This document shows, one piece after another, positions 59,901 to 64,000 of a stretch of 64,000 bases of DNA. The notes under the pieces were generated by a model. That model saw only the letters and a program-made list of their open reading frames with translations. It made no database searches and was not told where the DNA came from. The translations under genes and the position numbers were made by a program. The stretch comes from Podarcis liolepis (Eukaryota): NCBI GenBank assembly GCA_965112155.1, contig OZ218106.1. One strand, 5' to 3'. Positions within the stretch are counted from its first letter, which is position 1. Each line of letters begins with the position of its first letter.

Positions 59901-62900
59901 CATGGAATATTTTAACTGTACATTTACACCCAATGTCTGGTTTCAAAGACGTGACTGCTTTTAATCTCGAATTAGAAAAACCACAGACCTGAAATGAAAC
60001 ATTAGACGCTTTTTCGGCTTCTTTCCCCTTCCTAGAGTCCTGTCACCAATCGTGTTTCCCTTTTTTGTCCAGTAACACACACACACTCTCTCACACACAC
60101 CCTTACCTCGCTTCTCCAATTACACGTGCGTTAATAATACATGGCTTTGATAGGGAACGGGATTCTGGTGCTTTTGGATTTTCTCGCTCTCTTTTTCTAA
60201 ATGGGGTTAATGCAATATTAATCGGTTGCGGCTGTTCTAAGAATGCGCAGGGTTTTTCAGGAACAAATCGATGAAGGCTGGGGATGGCAAGAGCAAAGGC
60301 AACCTCTCTCCTTGCGGTGTAATCTCGCTTTCAAACGCTCCCAAAGCTTTGGGTGAGTAAGATTGTCAGTTCTGTTTGTGTTCCTTTGACGAGACGCCTG
60401 TTCGCGCAGGTAGAGCGAGCGAGGGAGGCGAGGCAGCGGCCTGGCTCGTGGGTTGGAGGGAGAAGGAAGGAAGGAAGGAAGGAAGGAGGGGACGCCTCTC
60501 CAGGCTTTGCTCTGCTGCTGAACATTAATCACAGCAAACCGCGGCCCCCCCAACAGCAAAGTCCCCACCGCTGGGAGAACCACAGCCCCAGAACTGGGTT
60601 GAAGGCAGGCCCAAAGCCTGTACAGCTTAGCTAACTGTCTCGCCGCCTTCGCCGTACACTTTCCAACAAATGCCTCTCCACAAGAGACCCCGGCCCTTAA
60701 GTTCCCAAATCAGTCACTCAGAATTAAGGGCTGTTTTAAGGCCATTGCCTCTTAATAACCGCGGCCATTTGAATTCTAAGTTGGCCTCGCCATTTCCCTT
60801 CCAAGGAAATGCCCTGGAGAGCTCAATACATATATTATGCTTGCTTTTTTTTTAAAGGACATGAAACTTGCATATTCTTGGGCGAGAAAAAGCATGACTC
60901 AATTTGCGCCCTGGCCCCTTCCTTACTTCCCAGTCTGGGTTGAGAACGGTCAGTTTTAGGTCCAGATTTGTCAACATGCTTCCGGAATTAAACGTGGTCT
61001 GCATGGTATCATTTACTGCTCTTATATTCCGCCTTTCCTTTAAGGAAGTCAAGGCGGCGAAAGTGCTCCCCTCCCTGCATTTCCTCACAACAACCCTGTG
61101 AAGTAGGTTGGACTGGAAAGTAGTGGCCCAAGGTCGCTCAAGGACTTCATGGCTAAGAGAGGGGTTTTTGAACTTGGGTCTCCAGTCCGACACTTCAACC
61201 CCACCCCAAAATATAAGCTTTCTTCTGGACTTTCCCTTGTTGCTGCGACATAATCAACACGACATTTTCGAATGTGCTATGATAATCTCTTCTTCTTGGT
61301 TAACAGACACCTATCCAAGCGTCAGAGCCCTCTGAGATTATTCACTGTGAGTAATTTAACTGCAGCTTTCTGATTTTACCGTCGTGTAGCATACGGATGT
61401 GAAACCAACAAAATAGTCCTGGAGAGAGGACTTGACTACACGGTGACATCGAAAAGACAACTGTCTGGTGAGTTCATGGGCAACTTCTGAGCGCTGGCTG
61501 AAGAGAAGGTAACACTCTGTTCCTTTTCCCAAACGACACACTCCAAAGTCAAATGGAAAAGAACTGTCTCTGTGTGCGTGTGTTTGAGAGAATCCTGTAG
61601 GATTTGCACCCCCAAACGGTTAGTTGCTCTCTGTTTCTTAAACTTTGGTTGGACATTGTCTCGGGTCTTCCCCTAATGCAGCAAGTTAATCCCGCCCTGC
61701 TGCATATATTCCTGCCCGACAGAGGCTTGGCTTTAAATTAAACCAATGAGCCTCAGGCGGGAGCAAAACGGCGGAGGCGTAGCTGAGAAGAACCGATGCA
61801 GAACCGCAGCCGGGGACAGCGCCATCCACTTTAATGAGAAAAGGAACCGGGCCTTGGGCATTAATAAGACAGAGATCACTGGTCACTCATTCATTCAAAG
61901 CTTGCGAGCCCTTCGGGGCAGAGCCTCTTAGCTCCCTCTCCCTTCAAAATAAATACTGTTCAGCACTAACATTGTCACCCCTCCCCCCACAACGGCTGAC
62001 ATAATACCATGTGGGGTTTGTAGCTCGGTTCTGCTTCAAGTATAATAGTTGCCCTAGCACTACAGACTCGGGCCGCTATGATATTCGTGTCTGTGGATGT
62101 GTGTGTGTGTATCAATTAACGTGAGAGCGAGTCCCTCTCAATGCCATTTGCTAGAATTGCCGGAGAGGGGAAGGTAAGGGCCTTGATGAAAACAACCCAG
62201 GCCTCCACCCAACCCCCATTTTAATCAAATCTTGTCCTCTTACAAAACAAAAAAAACCCCACACGTTATTTAAGAGACGGTTCCTTTTCTGTTCTCCATG
62301 TTAAAGTGAGCACAACTCAGGTCAAGTGAAAGGCTGCAGAAAGGTGAAAGAAAGATGAAAGACTGTAATAAAGGGCAACTTCCATATTCCTTACTCGGGA
62401 GAGAGTCAATTTAAGTCAGTAGGCTTACTTCAGAAGTAAATGTTTTGAGGTTAAGGGCACCCTGGCGAACTTTATCAGTTCTCCTATGCTACAGAAATGT
62501 CTCAGATAGAAGGCAAACAAAACAGCAAATTTAGCAGTGAAGCTATTGCCTGTTGACTAAAGCTCAATAAATGAGAGCATCCCATTTCTGGGGGAGGGAC
62601 ACGTCGCCCCCCCCTTTGATTGCCCCCCTTGCACTTTTTTTGGTAAGACTTAAATACGCCATACCAGTAAGTTACTTGGGAGTAATTACCCATCACAGAG
62701 ATCTTTAAGCAGCTCCTTAACAGAGCACCGCACCCCTTCAGGAAGCAAGGTCAAATTATTGGCACCCGAGTCCCTTCTTCACCTTTAAAAAGGATAGTGG
62801 TTGTTCATTTCAACGCTCCTTCGCCTGCGTCATATCATGAAGAGAAGGGCACTGTTTGATGGTTAACTAAGACAGCAACCTTCTGTAAAAACAGGTCATT

Positions 62901-64000
62901 ATGTTGACCAAAACGACGGAGGAGGATGAATTTCTTTTGACCTTAACAGCAAATTGCAATCCTAAAGATCTTTGCCCGGCGGTGAAGGGAGGCTTGCTGG
63001 GCTCGGGATTCCACATAAGCATATCGATCTCGGGTTCCTTTCAACTTAGTGACCTGGGCTCCTCTAAGGCAGCCAGGGTAGGCTGTAAAAATCAATTCTC
63101 TGAACTCCGATCTTGCTTCCCTCTTTAGCACAGATATTATTGGACCTTCGCTACCCCCGGGAAATGAGGACAAAGTGAAGGGTATATTGAGGATGTGCAC
63201 AAAGCAAGGGGGCGCTATTCTGGGTTTTGATCTCCTTTTGCCTCCCCTTGCAGCTTGTGGCTTGGCTGACTTGCTGGAGCTATCTTCCTTGGAAGCACAT
63301 GGGTGCCCTGAAGCTGCTCCTCACTGTACTTCTCGGAACCTGCGGTAAGTTCACATCGTCTGCGCTAGTGGGGAATGACTGATTTGAATGAACGCTGGGC
63401 TTGAGTGTCTGGTTCCTCCCAACTCCATGTTCCCACGGGTCTGATTCATGTCCCAGAGGAGATATTCAGCGGCGGAACACAGTCACAGAAACAGTGCAGG
63501 TAGGGGAACCTTTGGCCTTCCGGATGTTAGAACTACAACTCTCCTCAGTTCTAGCATGCAAGGCCAGGGATGAAGGGAATCGCCGTTCAGCAACATGTTT
63601 CTGGATGGCTACAGGTTCCTCACGCCTGTCTTAGTGCAACAAGCTAAATAGTGTGCTTAGAAATGAGGGCATTTCCCCACCTCTGGTTCCATTCCGGCTT
63701 CACAAAACCTCACGAGGCAGGCAACAGACAAGGCCAAATAGAATCGCGGATCTATAAGCAGAGCGGACTCGGAGCACACATTTCAGAGCCCCCTCCTCTG
63801 GGGTTGCCTTGACCAGGAGGAATCGATCATCAGTTAGAATTACCACCGGCTGGGGGAGTTGTTCCGTGTTTCGTTTCAGACAGAGGATAACAAGGCGAAC
63901 GCCCCTGTCCGTTTTTTCCCCCTTTTTTTCTGAGGCTCTAATAAAGGCAAAAGCGCAGGTCCCAACAGAAGGAACCCATCCAGCAAAAGTTAAGGGCTTT

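Overview
Vertebrate genomic DNA, almost certainly a squamate and probably a lacertid-type lizard, judging from Sauria/Squam1 SINEs and a BovB-like LINE tail. Left: the 5' end of SLC10A7 on the minus strand (coding exons 1-3 at 11143-11242, 5549-5631 and 3809-3945, with a CpG-island promoter). Right: the complete two-exon POU4F2 (Brn-3b) gene (51895-52167 + 52741-53679). It sits in a TE-poor, CpG-rich, homeobox-motif-rich block with two canonical RE1/REST sites and retains the intronic short-isoform start (MCAFYLQLQ). The intergenic region is full of hAT and Tc1/mariner MITEs, SINEs and LINE fragments. The most striking element is a very young 4.16 kb endogenous retrovirus (36647-40810) inserted in the 3' end of an L1. 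It has two 375-bp LTRs that look identical by eye, a 6-bp TSD, a tRNA-Met-type PBS and an 87-bp tandemly repeated leader. Its betaretrovirus-like Gag ORF is open but lacks NC, and pol is reduced to an RT-thumb remnant. After a degenerate unknown ORF comes a gamma-type 'mini-Env': a signal-peptide-like stretch, a short SU stub, a furin site and a complete TM with immunosuppressive domain. All homology calls are from motif recognition by eye; no searches were run.
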